In this document: piece after piece, positions 1 to 9,712 of the stretch | Layout: each line of letters starts with the position of its first letter | Numbering within the stretch: the first letter of the stretch is position 1 | Assembly: GCA_019244185.1 (NCBI GenBank) | Contig: JAFATB010000006.1 | Coordinates: 384,001 to 448,000 of the forward strand | Reading direction: 5' to 3' | Source: Acidobacteriota bacterium | GTDB taxonomy: Bacteria; Acidobacteriota; Thermoanaerobaculia; Gp7-AA8 | DNA length: 64,000 nucleotides | Position numbers and translations under genes: made by a program | The notes under the pieces: model-generated | Told to the model about the DNA's origin: nothing | The model's input: the letters and a program-made list of their open reading frames with translations, nothing else | Databases searched by the model: none

Positions 1-1
1 C

Positions 2-79
2 CTCCCCGCCTGGTACGAGTCCGGCGAAGCCATGGTCATCGACCCCAACACGGGCGCTGCCACGTTCGCGATCGTCTAG
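2..79 (+). CDS. 3' end of a gene truncated by the window edge (LPAWYESGEAMVIDPNTGAATFAIV*); possibly a metallophosphoesterase C-terminus
   Basis: Open frame with GC-typical codons ending in TAG at 77-79; product guess is weak. Confidence 0.45.
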   Translation, partial: LPAWYESGEAMVIDPNTGAATFAIV

Positions 80-249
80 GAGACGACCAGGGGGCCTCCG
101 GCGGGCCGGCGCGGCCGGCGGCGCTAAGGGCTTAGCCAGTACGCACGTGCGGCTGCCGTCAACGCGAACAGCGCGACCGCACGCGCGTCTAGGCTAGGCC
201 CTTAGCGCTGCCGGCCGCGCCGGCCCGCCGGAGGCCCCTCGTCGTCTCC
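79..249. repeat. Long intergenic inverted repeat (arms about 58 bp, spacer about 54 nt), REP/MITE-like
   Basis: 79-137 (GGAGACGACC...AAGGGCTTAGCC) is the near-perfect reverse complement of 192-249. Confidence 0.85.
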
Positions 250-265
250 CGTACAATCGCGCGCG

Positions 266-1030
266 ATGCGCGTCACGTTTTTGGGGACGGGGACTTCGAC
301 GGGGGTGCCGGTGATTGGGTGCCGGTGCCGGGTGTGTACGTCGGACGATCCGCGGAACCAGCGGTTACGGCAGTCGGTGGCGATCGAGGCGGAGGGAAAA
401 CATTTTCTGATTGATACGACGCCGGACTTGCGGCTGCAGTTGTTGCGGCATCCGATCCCGAGGTTGGATTTCGTGTTGTATACGCACTCGCATTCGGATC
501 ATTTGATGGGATTGGACGACATCCGGCCGTTCAATTTCCGGCAGCGCGAATCGATTCATGCGTTCGCCAATCCGATGACGGCGAGAGCGATCCGGAGAGC
601 GTTCGCGTACATCTGGGATACGTCGACGCAGATCGGCGGCGGGAAGCCGCAGCTCGAGTTGCATGAAGTTGAAGAGCGCTTCACGCATGAGGGTGTAGCG
701 ATCACGCCGATCCCGGTCGCGCATGGCGACTGGACGATTCTCGGGTATCGCATTGGCGGGTTCGCGTACATCACGGACACGAGCGGGATTCCGGACGAAT
801 CGATGGAACTGCTGAAGGGCGTGGACGTGCTGGCGTTGGATGGCTTGCGGCCGGCGCCGCGGCATCCGACGCATTTCACGATCGGCGAAGCGGTCGAATG
901 CGCGAAGCGAGTCGGAGCGAAGACTACGTACATCATCCATCTCGCGCACGAGGTCGAGCACGCGGAGGTCGCGGCCACGTTGCCGGACGGCATCGAGCTC
1001 GCGTGGGACGGGCTGGCGTTCGACGTATGA
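266..1030 (+). CDS. MBL-fold metallo-hydrolase (PhnP-like phosphodiesterase)
   Basis: FLGTGTSxGVP N-terminus, CxCxxC, THSHSDH metal motif, YITD. Confidence 0.9.
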   Translation: MRVTFLGTGTSTGVPVIGCRCRVCTSDDPRNQRLRQSVAIEAEGKHFLIDTTPDLRLQLLRHPIPRLDFVLYTHSHSDHLMGLDDIRPFNFRQRESIHAFANPMTARAIRRAFAYIWDTSTQIGGGKPQLELHEVEERFTHEGVAITPIPVAHGDWTILGYRIGGFAYITDTSGIPDESMELLKGVDVLALDGLRPAPRHPTHFTIGEAVECAKRVGAKTTYIIHLAHEVEHAEVAATLPDGIELAWDGLAFDV

Positions 1031-2286
1031 AAATCATTCGCAAAGCGGGCGCGCTGGATGGCGTCGTCACCGCGCCGCCGTCGAAGAGCTACTCCGTGCG
1101 TGCGTTGTTGCTCGCGGCCATGGCAGAAGGGACGACGCGGGTCGAGAACTGTCTCGATGCGGACGACACGCGGTATGCGCTGGAAGCGTTGCGTGCGATC
1201 GGCTTCGCGGTGAGCGGCTCGATCGCGGCGGGCGTGACGGTGGGTGCGCGGACGTCGATGTCGGCGACGGAAGTGCCGATCTTCGTCGGCAACGCGGGAA
1301 CGGCCATGCGGTTTTTCACGGGCTGGCTCGCGTTCACGCCGGGGCGTTTCCTTCTTTCCGGCGAGCAGCGGATGCATGAACGCCCGATCGGCGACCTGGT
1401 GGAGGTACTGCTTTCCATCAGCGGGGAAGTGGAGTACGTCGAGCGGGAAGGCTTTCCGCCGCTGCGCATCCGCGGCAAAAAAATGCGCGGCGGCTTCGAC
1501 GTCGCGATCTCGGCGGAGACGTCGAGCCAGTTCGTCTCCGCGCTCATGCTCGGCGGCGCGGTGCTGCCCGACGGCATCACGCTGCGGCTCTCCTCGATCG
1601 CGTCGGGGCCGTACCTCGACATCACCGCCGACATCCTGCGCACCTTCGGCGCGCGCGTCACGCGCGACGGCGACGTCATTCACGTGCGCGCGGGGCGGCT
1701 GGCGCAGGAGACGTATCGCGTCGAAGGCGACTGGTCGTCCGCGTCGTACTGGTTCGCGGCCGCGGCGGCGACCGGCGGCACGATGCGCGTGCGCGGTCTT
1801 GCGGTGCCGACGGCGCAGGGCGACGCCGGCTTCATCGACATCCTCGCGGCGATGGGCTGTGCGATCGAAGCGGGCGCGGACGAAGTCGTCGTGCGCGGAC
1901 CGGAGCGGTTGCGCGGCGGCACGTTCGACTGCAACGCCACGCCTGACATCGTCCCGACGCTCGCCGCGATCGCGCCGCTCGCATCGACGCCGGTGGAGAT
2001 CGTGAACGTCGCGAACCTGCGCGTGAAGGAATCGGATCGCCTGGCGACCGTCACGAGCGAGCTGCGGCGCCTCGGCGCGGTCGTCGAAGAGCGGCCGGAT
2101 GCACTGCGCATCGAACCCGGCTGGAGCGATGCGCCGGCGACGATCGAGACGCACAACGATCACCGCATCGCCATGGCCTTCGCCATCGCCGGCATCGCGC
2201 GCGGCAACGTGACCATCGGCAAAGAGCAGGTCGTTTCGAAGTCGTATCCGCGATTCTGGAAAACGCTCGACGAAGTGCTCGGATAG
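1027..2286 (+). CDS. aroA: 3-phosphoshikimate 1-carboxyvinyltransferase (EPSP synthase)
   Basis: PPSKS, GNAGTAMRF, SSQFVSAL, LRVKESDR, DHRIAM, KSYPxF motifs; ATG 1027 overlaps the upstream stop (ATGA). Confidence 0.97.
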   Translation: MKIIRKAGALDGVVTAPPSKSYSVRALLLAAMAEGTTRVENCLDADDTRYALEALRAIGFAVSGSIAAGVTVGARTSMSATEVPIFVGNAGTAMRFFTGWLAFTPGRFLLSGEQRMHERPIGDLVEVLLSISGEVEYVEREGFPPLRIRGKKMRGGFDVAISAETSSQFVSALMLGGAVLPDGITLRLSSIASGPYLDITADILRTFGARVTRDGDVIHVRAGRLAQETYRVEGDWSSASYWFAAAAATGGTMRVRGLAVPTAQGDAGFIDILAAMGCAIEAGADEVVVRGPERLRGGTFDCNATPDIVPTLAAIAPLASTPVEIVNVANLRVKESDRLATVTSELRRLGAVVEERPDALRIEPGWSDAPATIETHNDHRIAMAFAIAGIARGNVTIGKEQVVSKSYPRFWKTLDEVLG

Positions 2287-2300
2287 ACTCTCCTCCGCCC

Positions 2301-3629
2301 ATGTCCGCGTGGTATCTGCTGCTGGCGCTGTTCTTCGTGCTCGCGAACGGCTTCTTCGTCGCCGCCGAGTTCGCGATCGTGAAGGTGCGGCCGACGCAGC
2401 TCACCGAAGGCGGCGCGCGCGCGCGCATGACCCGGCGCGTGCACCGGCGGCTCGATGCGTATCTCGCCGCGTGTCAGGTCGGGATCACCTTCGCCTCGCT
2501 CGCGCTGGGGTGGGTCGGCGAGCCGGCGTTCGCGACGATCCTCATGCCGCTGCTGCGCTCGTCCGGCGCGTTCGCGGAGCCGATCGCGCATTCGATCTCC
2601 GCGACCGTCTCCTTCATCCTCATCTCCGCGCTGCACATCATCTTCGGCGAGCAGGTGCCGAAGTTCCTCGCCATCCAAAAGTCCGCCGGCACCGCGCTCT
2701 GGACCGCGCACGTGCTGCACGGCTTCTACGTCTTCACGTATCCCGCGATCTGGGTGCTGCGCGGCCTCACGAACGCCGCGCTGCGCCTCTTCCGCATCCA
2801 TCCCGCGGCGGAAGACGAGGCCGTGCATTCGGTCGACGAGCTGCGCATGATCCTCGCGAGCTCGGAGAAGGCAGGCATCCTCTCCGAAGAAAACCGCGAG
2901 ATCATCGAAGGCGTCTTCCAGTTCTCGAAGCGCACCGCGCGGCAGATCATGGTGCCGCGCACCGACGTCGTCATTCTCTCTACGACGAAGTCGATCGAAG
3001 AGAATCTCGAGACCATCCGCACGACGCGCCACACGCGCTATCCGCTGTGCGAGGGCACGCTCGATCAGACCGTCGGCCTCATTCACGTCAAGGATCTGCT
3101 GCTCGCGCAGCTGCGCGGACCGGGACGCAAGCTCGAAGACCTCAAGCGCGACATCCTCTTCGTGCCGGAGAACAGCACCGTCGAGTCGCTGCTCTCGCAG
3201 TTCATCGAGCAGAAGACGCACATGGCCGTCGTCGTCGACGAGTACGGCGGCTCCTCGGGCATCGTCTCGCTGGAGAACATCACTGAAGAGCTGTTCGGGC
3301 AGATTCAGGACGAGTTCGATCGCGAGCGACCGGAGATCGAGCCGCTCGGCAACGGACGCTATCGCGTGCGCGGCGACTATCTGATTGAGGATCTCGCCGA
3401 TCGCCTCAAGATCGACGTCGGCGAACCGGAAGAAGAAACCGTCGGCGGCTACGTCGCCGCGCGCCTCGGGCGCGAGGCGATGCCGGGCGATCGCGTCGAG
3501 CTGCGCGATCTCACCATCACCGTGCTCGAGGCCGAACGGTTCCGCGTGCGTTGGGTCACCGTGGAAACAAAACTGCCGGCCACGGAGCCGGCAGAGGAAG
3601 AAGAAGAACGAGACGCGGCGGGCGTCTGA
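2301..3629 (+). CDS. Hemolysin/CNNM family protein (DUF21 + 2 CBS + CorC domain), probable Mg/Co transport
   Basis: NGFFVAAEFA, GEQVPK, IMVPRTD, VVDEYGG, EITEELFG-like motifs. Confidence 0.92.
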   Translation: MSAWYLLLALFFVLANGFFVAAEFAIVKVRPTQLTEGGARARMTRRVHRRLDAYLAACQVGITFASLALGWVGEPAFATILMPLLRSSGAFAEPIAHSISATVSFILISALHIIFGEQVPKFLAIQKSAGTALWTAHVLHGFYVFTYPAIWVLRGLTNAALRLFRIHPAAEDEAVHSVDELRMILASSEKAGILSEENREIIEGVFQFSKRTARQIMVPRTDVVILSTTKSIEENLETIRTTRHTRYPLCEGTLDQTVGLIHVKDLLLAQLRGPGRKLEDLKRDILFVPENSTVESLLSQFIEQKTHMAVVVDEYGGSSGIVSLENITEELFGQIQDEFDRERPEIEPLGNGRYRVRGDYLIEDLADRLKIDVGEPEEETVGGYVAARLGREAMPGDRVELRDLTITVLEAERFRVRWVTVETKLPATEPAEEEEERDAAGV

Positions 3630-3653
3630 GCCCGCGCGCGTCGTTGTGTGTTG

Positions 3654-3806
3654 TCAGTGCTTGCGGAAGATGCCCGTCAGTTTCCCGGGAAGGTTCGACA
3701 TCATCCGCCAAGCCCGCGACATCATGCCGTTGTCCTGCTCGACGTGGTTCGCGTGGCGTGCGTAGCGCGATTCTTTCAAGATCCCATTGGTTTCCTGGAT
3801 TCGCAT
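3654..3806 (-). CDS. Small 50-aa protein absent from the ORF track (MRIQETNGILKESRYARHANHVEQDNGMMSRAWRMMSNLPGKLTGIFRKH)
   Basis: Strong SD (AAGGAGG) directly upstream; fills a 220-bp gap; sigma54-like promoter upstream. Confidence 0.7.
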   Translation of the reverse strand: MRIQETNGILKESRYARHANHVEQDNGMMSRAWRMMSNLPGKLTGIFRKH

Positions 3807-3831
3807 CTAACCTCCTTCACCATCAGTTATT

Positions 3832-3847
3832 TGCGAACGGGATGCCA
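3832..3847 (-). promoter_or_regulatory. Putative sigma54 (-24/-12) promoter
   Basis: Minus strand TGGCATCCCGTTCGCA; GG-N10-GC spacing. Confidence 0.5.
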
Positions 3848-3849
3848 CC

Positions 3850-4590
3850 TTAGCGGGAGCCGTCCGAGACCGCCTTCTCGTGATACGCGACGACGATGTC
3901 GCGCACCTGCTCGGGCTCGTCGACGACGTGGATGTTGTCGACGTCTTCCTGCGTGATGTTGTTCGCGTCGAGCACGCGCTTGCGCAGCCAGTCGATCATT
4001 CCCGCCCAATACTCCGTGCCGAAGAGGATCACCGGAAAGTCGGAGATCTTCTTCGTCTGGATGAGCACGAGCGCGCCGAAGAGCTCGTCGAGCGTGCCGA
4101 AGCCGCCGGGGAAGGTGACGAATGCCTCCGAGTACTTCACGAACATCGTCTTGCGCACGAAGAAGTAGCGGAACGTCATCGCCTTGTCGACGAAGGTGTT
4201 GACCTCCTGCTCGAACGGCAGCTCGATGTTGCAGCCGATCGAGAGCGCGCCTGCCTGCCGCGCGCCTTTGTTCGCCGCTTCCATGATGCCGGGGCCGCCG
4301 CCGGTGATGATCGCGAAGCCCGCGCGTCCGAGGAGCTCCGCGGTGCGCACGGCGAGGTCGTAGTAGCGGTCGGAGAGCACCGTGCGCGCGGAGCCGAAGA
4401 TCGACACCGCGGGGTAGACGTCGGCGAGGTGATCGAAACCGGAGACGAACTCGCTCGTGATCCGCAGCACGCGCCACGATTCGCTCTGCAGCGTTTCCTC
4501 GCGGGTGGGACGGTCGAGCAGCTTGCGGTCTTCGAGAGACTCGCGCCGGGTGGGAGGGATGTGCAGCTTCGGGTCGTCGTCGTGCGCCAT
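3850..4590 (-). CDS. LOG family / TIGR00730 Rossmann-fold nucleotide phosphoribohydrolase
   Basis: IFGSAR, TGGGPGIMEAAN, YFFVRK, PGGFGTLDE; start chosen 7 nt after TAGAAT. Confidence 0.92.
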   Translation of the reverse strand: MAHDDDPKLHIPPTRRESLEDRKLLDRPTREETLQSESWRVLRITSEFVSGFDHLADVYPAVSIFGSARTVLSDRYYDLAVRTAELLGRAGFAIITGGGPGIMEAANKGARQAGALSIGCNIELPFEQEVNTFVDKAMTFRYFFVRKTMFVKYSEAFVTFPGGFGTLDELFGALVLIQTKKISDFPVILFGTEYWAGMIDWLRKRVLDANNITQEDVDNIHVVDEPEQVRDIVVAYHEKAVSDGSR

Positions 4591-4654
4591 GCGGCGCATT
4601 CTATGGATGTGGAGCGGCGGACGCGCGCCCGCCGCTCCGATTCTCAACGGGAGA

Positions 4655-5137
4655 TTACTGGCGCAGCTTGATGACGGCGGTCTCGACGAGCTTGTCGCCC
4701 GGCAGTCCGCTCTGCCACGCGGTGGCGCGCACGCTGCCCGTCTCGCTCATCGTGCCGAACGCGGTGCGCACGCGGAAGCGAACCGTCGAACGCTCGGCCG
4801 GCTGGATGTTGCCGAACGTGAAGCGATAGAGGTTCGAGCCCGGCGAGTGCATGACGTTGATGCCGCGGTCGTTGGTCTGATCGAGCACGATCAGCTGCGA
4901 CGGCAGCTCGACCTCGAGCAGCACGTCCTGGATGTTGTTCACGCCGGCGTTCGAGATCGTGACGTCGAGATTGTCGACGCCCTGCTCCGGCAGATCGTCC
5001 GGATGCGCGATGTTGAGCTTGAGCAGCTGTCCGCGCGTCGTCACGGCCATGCCGCTGCTCTTGCACGCGCCCGCGGTGAGCAGCGCCAAGGCGAGCACGA
5101 CCATCGTGCCGATCGTCAGAATCTGTTTGCGGTTCAT
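4655..5137 (-). CDS. Putative lipoprotein with an Ig-like (DUF11-like) domain
   Basis: Signal peptide with lipobox-like AGA-C; beta-rich VTISNAG..L..ELPS..L pattern. Confidence 0.7.
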   Translation of the reverse strand: MNRKQILTIGTMVVLALALLTAGACKSSGMAVTTRGQLLKLNIAHPDDLPEQGVDNLDVTISNAGVNNIQDVLLEVELPSQLIVLDQTNDRGINVMHSPGSNLYRFTFGNIQPAERSTVRFRVRTAFGTMSETGSVRATAWQSGLPGDKLVETAVIKLRQ

Positions 5138-5238
5138 TCAAAATCTCCTTCTGTCGCGCGACCGCTGGACTGCGGCCGCTGAGCGGTGTTATTAGCAAAC
5201 TTGGGACCGGCACGAGAGGTGCTGGGCTCGCCCGCGCT

Positions 5239-6180
5239 ATGGAGTACTTCATCGGCGTCGACGGGGGCGCCTCGAAAACCGCCGCGATCGTCGTCGATGA
5301 AAGCGGCCACATCCACGGCCGCGGTCTCGCCGGCGGCTCGAACCATCTCCGCGTCGGCATCGAGGAAGCAACGCGCAACATCGAGCGCGCCGTGAACATC
5401 GCCCTCGTCGAGGCCGGCATCGCGATTCGCAACGTCGAGTACGCGTACTGCGGCGTCGCCGGCTCCGATCATCCCGCGCACCGCCAGCGCGTCATCGATT
5501 CGCTGAAGATTTTCTTTCCGCGCGGCAACTTCATCGTCGACACCGACGCGCGCATCGCGCTGACCGGCGCGGTCGGCTTCGGCGCGGGCGTGGTCGTGAT
5601 CGCGGGCACGGGCTCGGTCGCGTTCGGCCGCAACGAGGGCAACGGCGAAGCGCGCGCCGGCGGCTGGGGTCCCACCCTGGGCGATGAAGGCAGCGGGTTC
5701 TGGATCGCGCGCGAAGGCCTCTCCGCGATCGTGCGCGCGCACGACGGCCGCGGCTTCGCGACGAAGATGACCGATCTGCTCTGCGACGACTACGACATGT
5801 GCAGCCCCGAGGAGCTGCCGCGGTTCGTGTACGCAACGACGACGCATGCGGATGACATCGCGCGTTACGGCAAGCTCGTCATCGAAGCAGCACAGGCGGG
5901 CGACGACATCGCGCGAGACATCCTCGCGCGCGGCGGCTCCGAGCTCGCGGAGTGCGTGCTCGCGGTCGCGCGCAAGCTGCATCTGACGGACGTGGCGTTT
6001 CCCGTCGCGTACGTCGGCGGCGCGTTTCACGCGGGCGAGCTGCTGCTCAATCCGATGCGTCTGCGGTTGCAGCGCGACGCGCCGGGAGCGTCGCTCGTCG
6101 CGCCGTTGAAGCCTCCCGTGGAAGGGGCGGCGATGATGGCGATGAAGGCGGCCGAGAAGCCGCGCGCGGGTCGAGCCTAG
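5239..6180 (+). CDS. BadF/BadG/BcrA/BcrD ATPase family sugar kinase (GlcNAc/MurNAc kinase-like)
   Basis: IGVDGGASKT, IAGTGS, RAGGWGxxLGDEGSG motifs. Confidence 0.9.
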   Translation: MEYFIGVDGGASKTAAIVVDESGHIHGRGLAGGSNHLRVGIEEATRNIERAVNIALVEAGIAIRNVEYAYCGVAGSDHPAHRQRVIDSLKIFFPRGNFIVDTDARIALTGAVGFGAGVVVIAGTGSVAFGRNEGNGEARAGGWGPTLGDEGSGFWIAREGLSAIVRAHDGRGFATKMTDLLCDDYDMCSPEELPRFVYATTTHADDIARYGKLVIEAAQAGDDIARDILARGGSELAECVLAVARKLHLTDVAFPVAYVGGAFHAGELLLNPMRLRLQRDAPGASLVAPLKPPVEGAAMMAMKAAEKPRAGRA

Positions 6181-6242
6181 TCGACCCTGAGGGCATAGCC
6201 GATTCGCACGTGCGGCTGCACTGAAGTACATTTCGCGCGGCT

Positions 6243-7241
6243 TTGCGGTTTCTCCACGCGATCGATCTGCGGCTGCTGCTCGTGCTCTTCGCGCTGCTCG
6301 TCAGCGTGGAGATCCTGCGCGCGTCGGGCATGCTCGATCTGTTCGTCGCGCGCTCGGTCGCGCACTTTCATTCGACGCGCGGCTTCGCGTGCGCGCTGAT
6401 CGCGTTCGGCGGCATCCTCGCGACGCTCGTGACGAACGACGTGGCGCTCTTCGTCGTCATCCCGATCACGATCATCGCCAGCCGCTTCACCGACTTCGAC
6501 GTCGAAGACGCGGTCGTGCTCGAGATCATCGCGGCGAATCTCATCGGCTGTCTCACGCCGCTCGGCAATCCGCAGAATCTGTTTCTCTTTCATCGCAGCG
6601 GCTGGAGTGCGGCGCACTTCGTCGCGACGATGTCGCCGTTCGTCGCGTGGTCGCTCATCGGCATCGCGCTCGCCGTCGTGCTCCTCGGCCGCTCGCGTCC
6701 GATGCAGCGCACTGACGTCGCTCTGCCGCCGCGGGATGCGCGCGCGGCGATGGTCGGTGGCGCGTGCTTCGTGCTCGTGCTGCTCGAAGTCGCGCGCATC
6801 GTTCCCGCATGGGTCGCCGCCGCGGCGGCGCTCGTCGCGGGCATCGCGTTGCTGCGCCGCCGTATGCTGCGCATCGACTACTCGATCCTGCCGATCTTCC
6901 TCGTCGCGTTCGTCGTCGTGGAGGCGCTGCGCCCGCTCGCGCGCGGGATCGAGACGAACGTCTACTTCGCCTCGATCGCCGCGTCGCAGATCATCAGCAA
7001 CGTCCCCGCGGCCGTGCTGTTCGCGCCGTTCGCGCGCGGCGACTGGCGCGCGTTGCTCTACGGCGTGAACGCGGGCGGCTGCGGCACGATCGTCGCCTCG
7101 CTCGCGAACCTCCTCGGCTGGCGCATCTATGCGCGCGAGTCGAACCGCGATCCGCACTTCTTCCGCCGCCTCACCGCGATCAACGCCGCGTTTCTGGCGT
7201 GGATCGCGGCGGGCGGCTGGCTGTTGCTGCGCTGGCTCTGA
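6243..7241 (+). CDS. ArsB/NhaD/SLC13 family anion permease
   Basis: VTNDVAL, ANLIGCLTPLGNPQN, SQIISNVPA, ASLANL; multiple TM segments. Confidence 0.85.
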   Translation: MRFLHAIDLRLLLVLFALLVSVEILRASGMLDLFVARSVAHFHSTRGFACALIAFGGILATLVTNDVALFVVIPITIIASRFTDFDVEDAVVLEIIAANLIGCLTPLGNPQNLFLFHRSGWSAAHFVATMSPFVAWSLIGIALAVVLLGRSRPMQRTDVALPPRDARAAMVGGACFVLVLLEVARIVPAWVAAAAALVAGIALLRRRMLRIDYSILPIFLVAFVVVEALRPLARGIETNVYFASIAASQIISNVPAAVLFAPFARGDWRALLYGVNAGGCGTIVASLANLLGWRIYARESNRDPHFFRRLTAINAAFLAWIAAGGWLLLRWL

Positions 7242-7242
7242 A

Positions 7243-7875
7243 TCAGAAGCGCAGCTGCAGGCCGGCGGAGACGATGATCGGGCTGATGTTGAAGCGCCCC
7301 TGCGTCGTGCCGCCGGTAGCGACGACCGCCGTCGCGTTCGATTCGAGCGGCACGTACTTCACGTCGCCGTTGATGCCCCAGCGGCTGCCGAGGCGGATGC
7401 CGAGACCCGCGTTCACGGCAAAGCCCGCGTCGTCTTTGATGTCGATGTCGTTGATGCCGGAGACGCTGTTGTCGGCGGAGTTGTCGAAGAGCACGTAGGC
7501 TGCGCCCGCGCCGATGTACGGATCGATGAAGCCGTTCGGCGCGAAGTGCCACTGCAGCACCGCGGTGAGCGGCGTCATGCGCAGGTTGCCGCCGGCCGAG
7601 GAGACCGCGTGGCGGCGGATGGTCGTGTCGGGCTCGACGCGCGATGCCGCGAACTCGGCCGAGATGTGATCGCCGAAGAAGATGTTCGCGGCGAGGCCGT
7701 AGCCGATCGTGCCGTCGAAGTCGATGTCGGCGGGATCGGCGAGGTCTTTGAACGAACCGCTGTTCGTCGGATCGACCCACACCGCGTTCGCGGTGAGATC
7801 GAAGGCGCGGTGTTGGGCGAAGGCGGCGGGAACGAGAACGAAGAGAGCGAGCAGTACGAGCCCGAGGTGTTTCAT
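7243..7875 (-). CDS. OmpW-family outer membrane beta-barrel protein
   Basis: Signal peptide, PYIGAGAAY, DVKYVPL, terminal GLQLRF. Confidence 0.85.
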   Translation of the reverse strand: MKHLGLVLLALFVLVPAAFAQHRAFDLTANAVWVDPTNSGSFKDLADPADIDFDGTIGYGLAANIFFGDHISAEFAASRVEPDTTIRRHAVSSAGGNLRMTPLTAVLQWHFAPNGFIDPYIGAGAAYVLFDNSADNSVSGINDIDIKDDAGFAVNAGLGIRLGSRWGINGDVKYVPLESNATAVVATGGTTQGRFNISPIIVSAGLQLRF

Positions 7876-8005
7876 GTCGTGCGTGCGAGGCATCACCGAT
7901 GCCAACGAAAGCAGCGTCGGCCGCAAACGCGTGTTGCGTTTGATGCAACGCGTCGAACTGAGCAACGCCCTCGCGTTGCTCGGTTCGACGGTCCGTTCGC
8001 AGGTT

Positions 8006-9688
8006 CTAGCGCCGCGCGCGCGCCGTCACGTCGTAGAACTCTTCGCCCGGAAGCCACATCGGCTTCTCCGCGGCATTCGCGGCCTCGGCGCCCAACCAGT
8101 ACGCTAGTTGACCAATCTGCACCGCGGAGCTGAAGTCCCACGACGGATCGTATTCGTCGCTGGCCTGGTGGTAATGCTTGGTGCGGTATTCGGCGACGTG
8201 CTCGCGGCCCCACGACTCCGGCTTGCCGCGCACGTCGAGTCCCTGCTTCACGGAGAACGCGGGGATGCCGGCCTTGGCGAGGCTGAAGTGATCGGAGCGG
8301 TAGTACGAGCCCTGCTCCGGCGCCTGATCGGGAACGATGGTGAGGCCGAGCGCATCGGTGACTTTCTTCGCGGTCGGGAAGAACGTCGTGTGGTCGATGC
8401 CGATCATCGTCACGCTGCCGACCGGGCCGAAGAGATCGAGCGCGTCGAAGTTGAGACCCATCGCGATCTTGCCGGCGGGAATCGGCGGATGCTGGCCGAG
8501 AAACTGCGAGCCGAGGAGACCTTGTTCTTCGGCGGCGACGGCGGCGAAGTAGAGCGTGCGCTTGTGCGGCACGGGGTTCGTCGACCAGACGCGCGCGATC
8601 TCGAGGAGCGTGGCGACGCCGCTCGCGTTGTCGATCGCGCCGTTGTAGATCGTGTCGTTCGGATCGCTCGGATCGGCGGGGCCGATCCCGAGGTGATCGT
8701 GGTGCGCGCTGTAGACCACGCCTTCGTCCTTGAGCACGGGGTCGCTGCCTTCGAGCTTCGCCACGACGTTCGCGGTGTCGAACGGACGGATCGTGCTGGC
8801 GACGTTCGCGTTGAAGCGGACATTGAGCGGCACCGGCTTGAAGTCGCGCGACGCGGCGGCCTGCGTCAGCTTGTCGAGATCGAGCCCCGCGGTCTGGAAG
8901 AGCTGCTTCGCGATCGCTTCCGTGATCCAGCCGGCGAACTGCAGGCCCGGCTGTCCCGGCTGCAGCTTCACGTACGCCTGCTCGCCGCCCCACGAATTGC
9001 GCACGACCTGCCAGCCGTAGCCGGCCGCCGGATCGGTGTGAATGAGGATCACCGCGGCGGCACCTTTCGCCGCGCCGATCTCGTACTTGTACGTCCAGCG
9101 GCCGTAGTACGTGCGCGCGCGGCCGCGGAAGAGATCCGGCTCCTGCGCGCTCGCCGGCGGATCGTCGACGAGCATCACCAGCGTCTTGCCGCGCGTGTCG
9201 AGTCCCTTGTAGTCGTCCCAGCGATACTCCGGCGCGACCACGCCGTGGCCGACGAAGACGACGTCGGAGTCGATGGAGACGTTCTCCTGCTGCGACTGAT
9301 TGCCGCCGACGAACTGGTCGCGATAGACGAGCGGTCCGAGCACGGCCGCGCCGTTCTTCGTGAACGCCGCGCGCGACTTCGCCGCATCCATGGCGATGTT
9401 CAGCAGCGAGACCTTCTGAAAGTACGTGCCGCCGTCGCCCGCGGGCTGGAGCCCCATCGCCTCGAACTGCGCGGCGATGTAGCTCGTGGCGAGCGCGTCG
9501 CCGCGCGTGCCGGGGCCGCGCCCCTCGAGCAGGTCGCTGGCGAGGAACTTCAGATGCGCGCGCACGGCGTCGCCGCGAAAGGCATGGAATGCCGTGTCGA
9601 TGGAAGGCGGGATCGGCTGTGCGGCGAGGGGGATGGCAAGAAGGAGAAGCGCGGCAATGCGGAGCATGCGAGGCGTTTTCTGAACCAT
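8006..9688 (-). CDS. M28 family peptidase with PA domain, secreted
   Basis: LASDLLEGR, SAHHDHLG, NGAIDNASG, AEEQGLLGS, RSDHFS, YHQASD. Confidence 0.92.
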   Translation of the reverse strand: MVQKTPRMLRIAALLLLAIPLAAQPIPPSIDTAFHAFRGDAVRAHLKFLASDLLEGRGPGTRGDALATSYIAAQFEAMGLQPAGDGGTYFQKVSLLNIAMDAAKSRAAFTKNGAAVLGPLVYRDQFVGGNQSQQENVSIDSDVVFVGHGVVAPEYRWDDYKGLDTRGKTLVMLVDDPPASAQEPDLFRGRARTYYGRWTYKYEIGAAKGAAAVILIHTDPAAGYGWQVVRNSWGGEQAYVKLQPGQPGLQFAGWITEAIAKQLFQTAGLDLDKLTQAAASRDFKPVPLNVRFNANVASTIRPFDTANVVAKLEGSDPVLKDEGVVYSAHHDHLGIGPADPSDPNDTIYNGAIDNASGVATLLEIARVWSTNPVPHKRTLYFAAVAAEEQGLLGSQFLGQHPPIPAGKIAMGLNFDALDLFGPVGSVTMIGIDHTTFFPTAKKVTDALGLTIVPDQAPEQGSYYRSDHFSLAKAGIPAFSVKQGLDVRGKPESWGREHVAEYRTKHYHQASDEYDPSWDFSSAVQIGQLAYWLGAEAANAAEKPMWLPGEEFYDVTARARR

Positions 9689-9712
9689 GGCCGCGTAGGA
9701 TAACGTCAGCGC

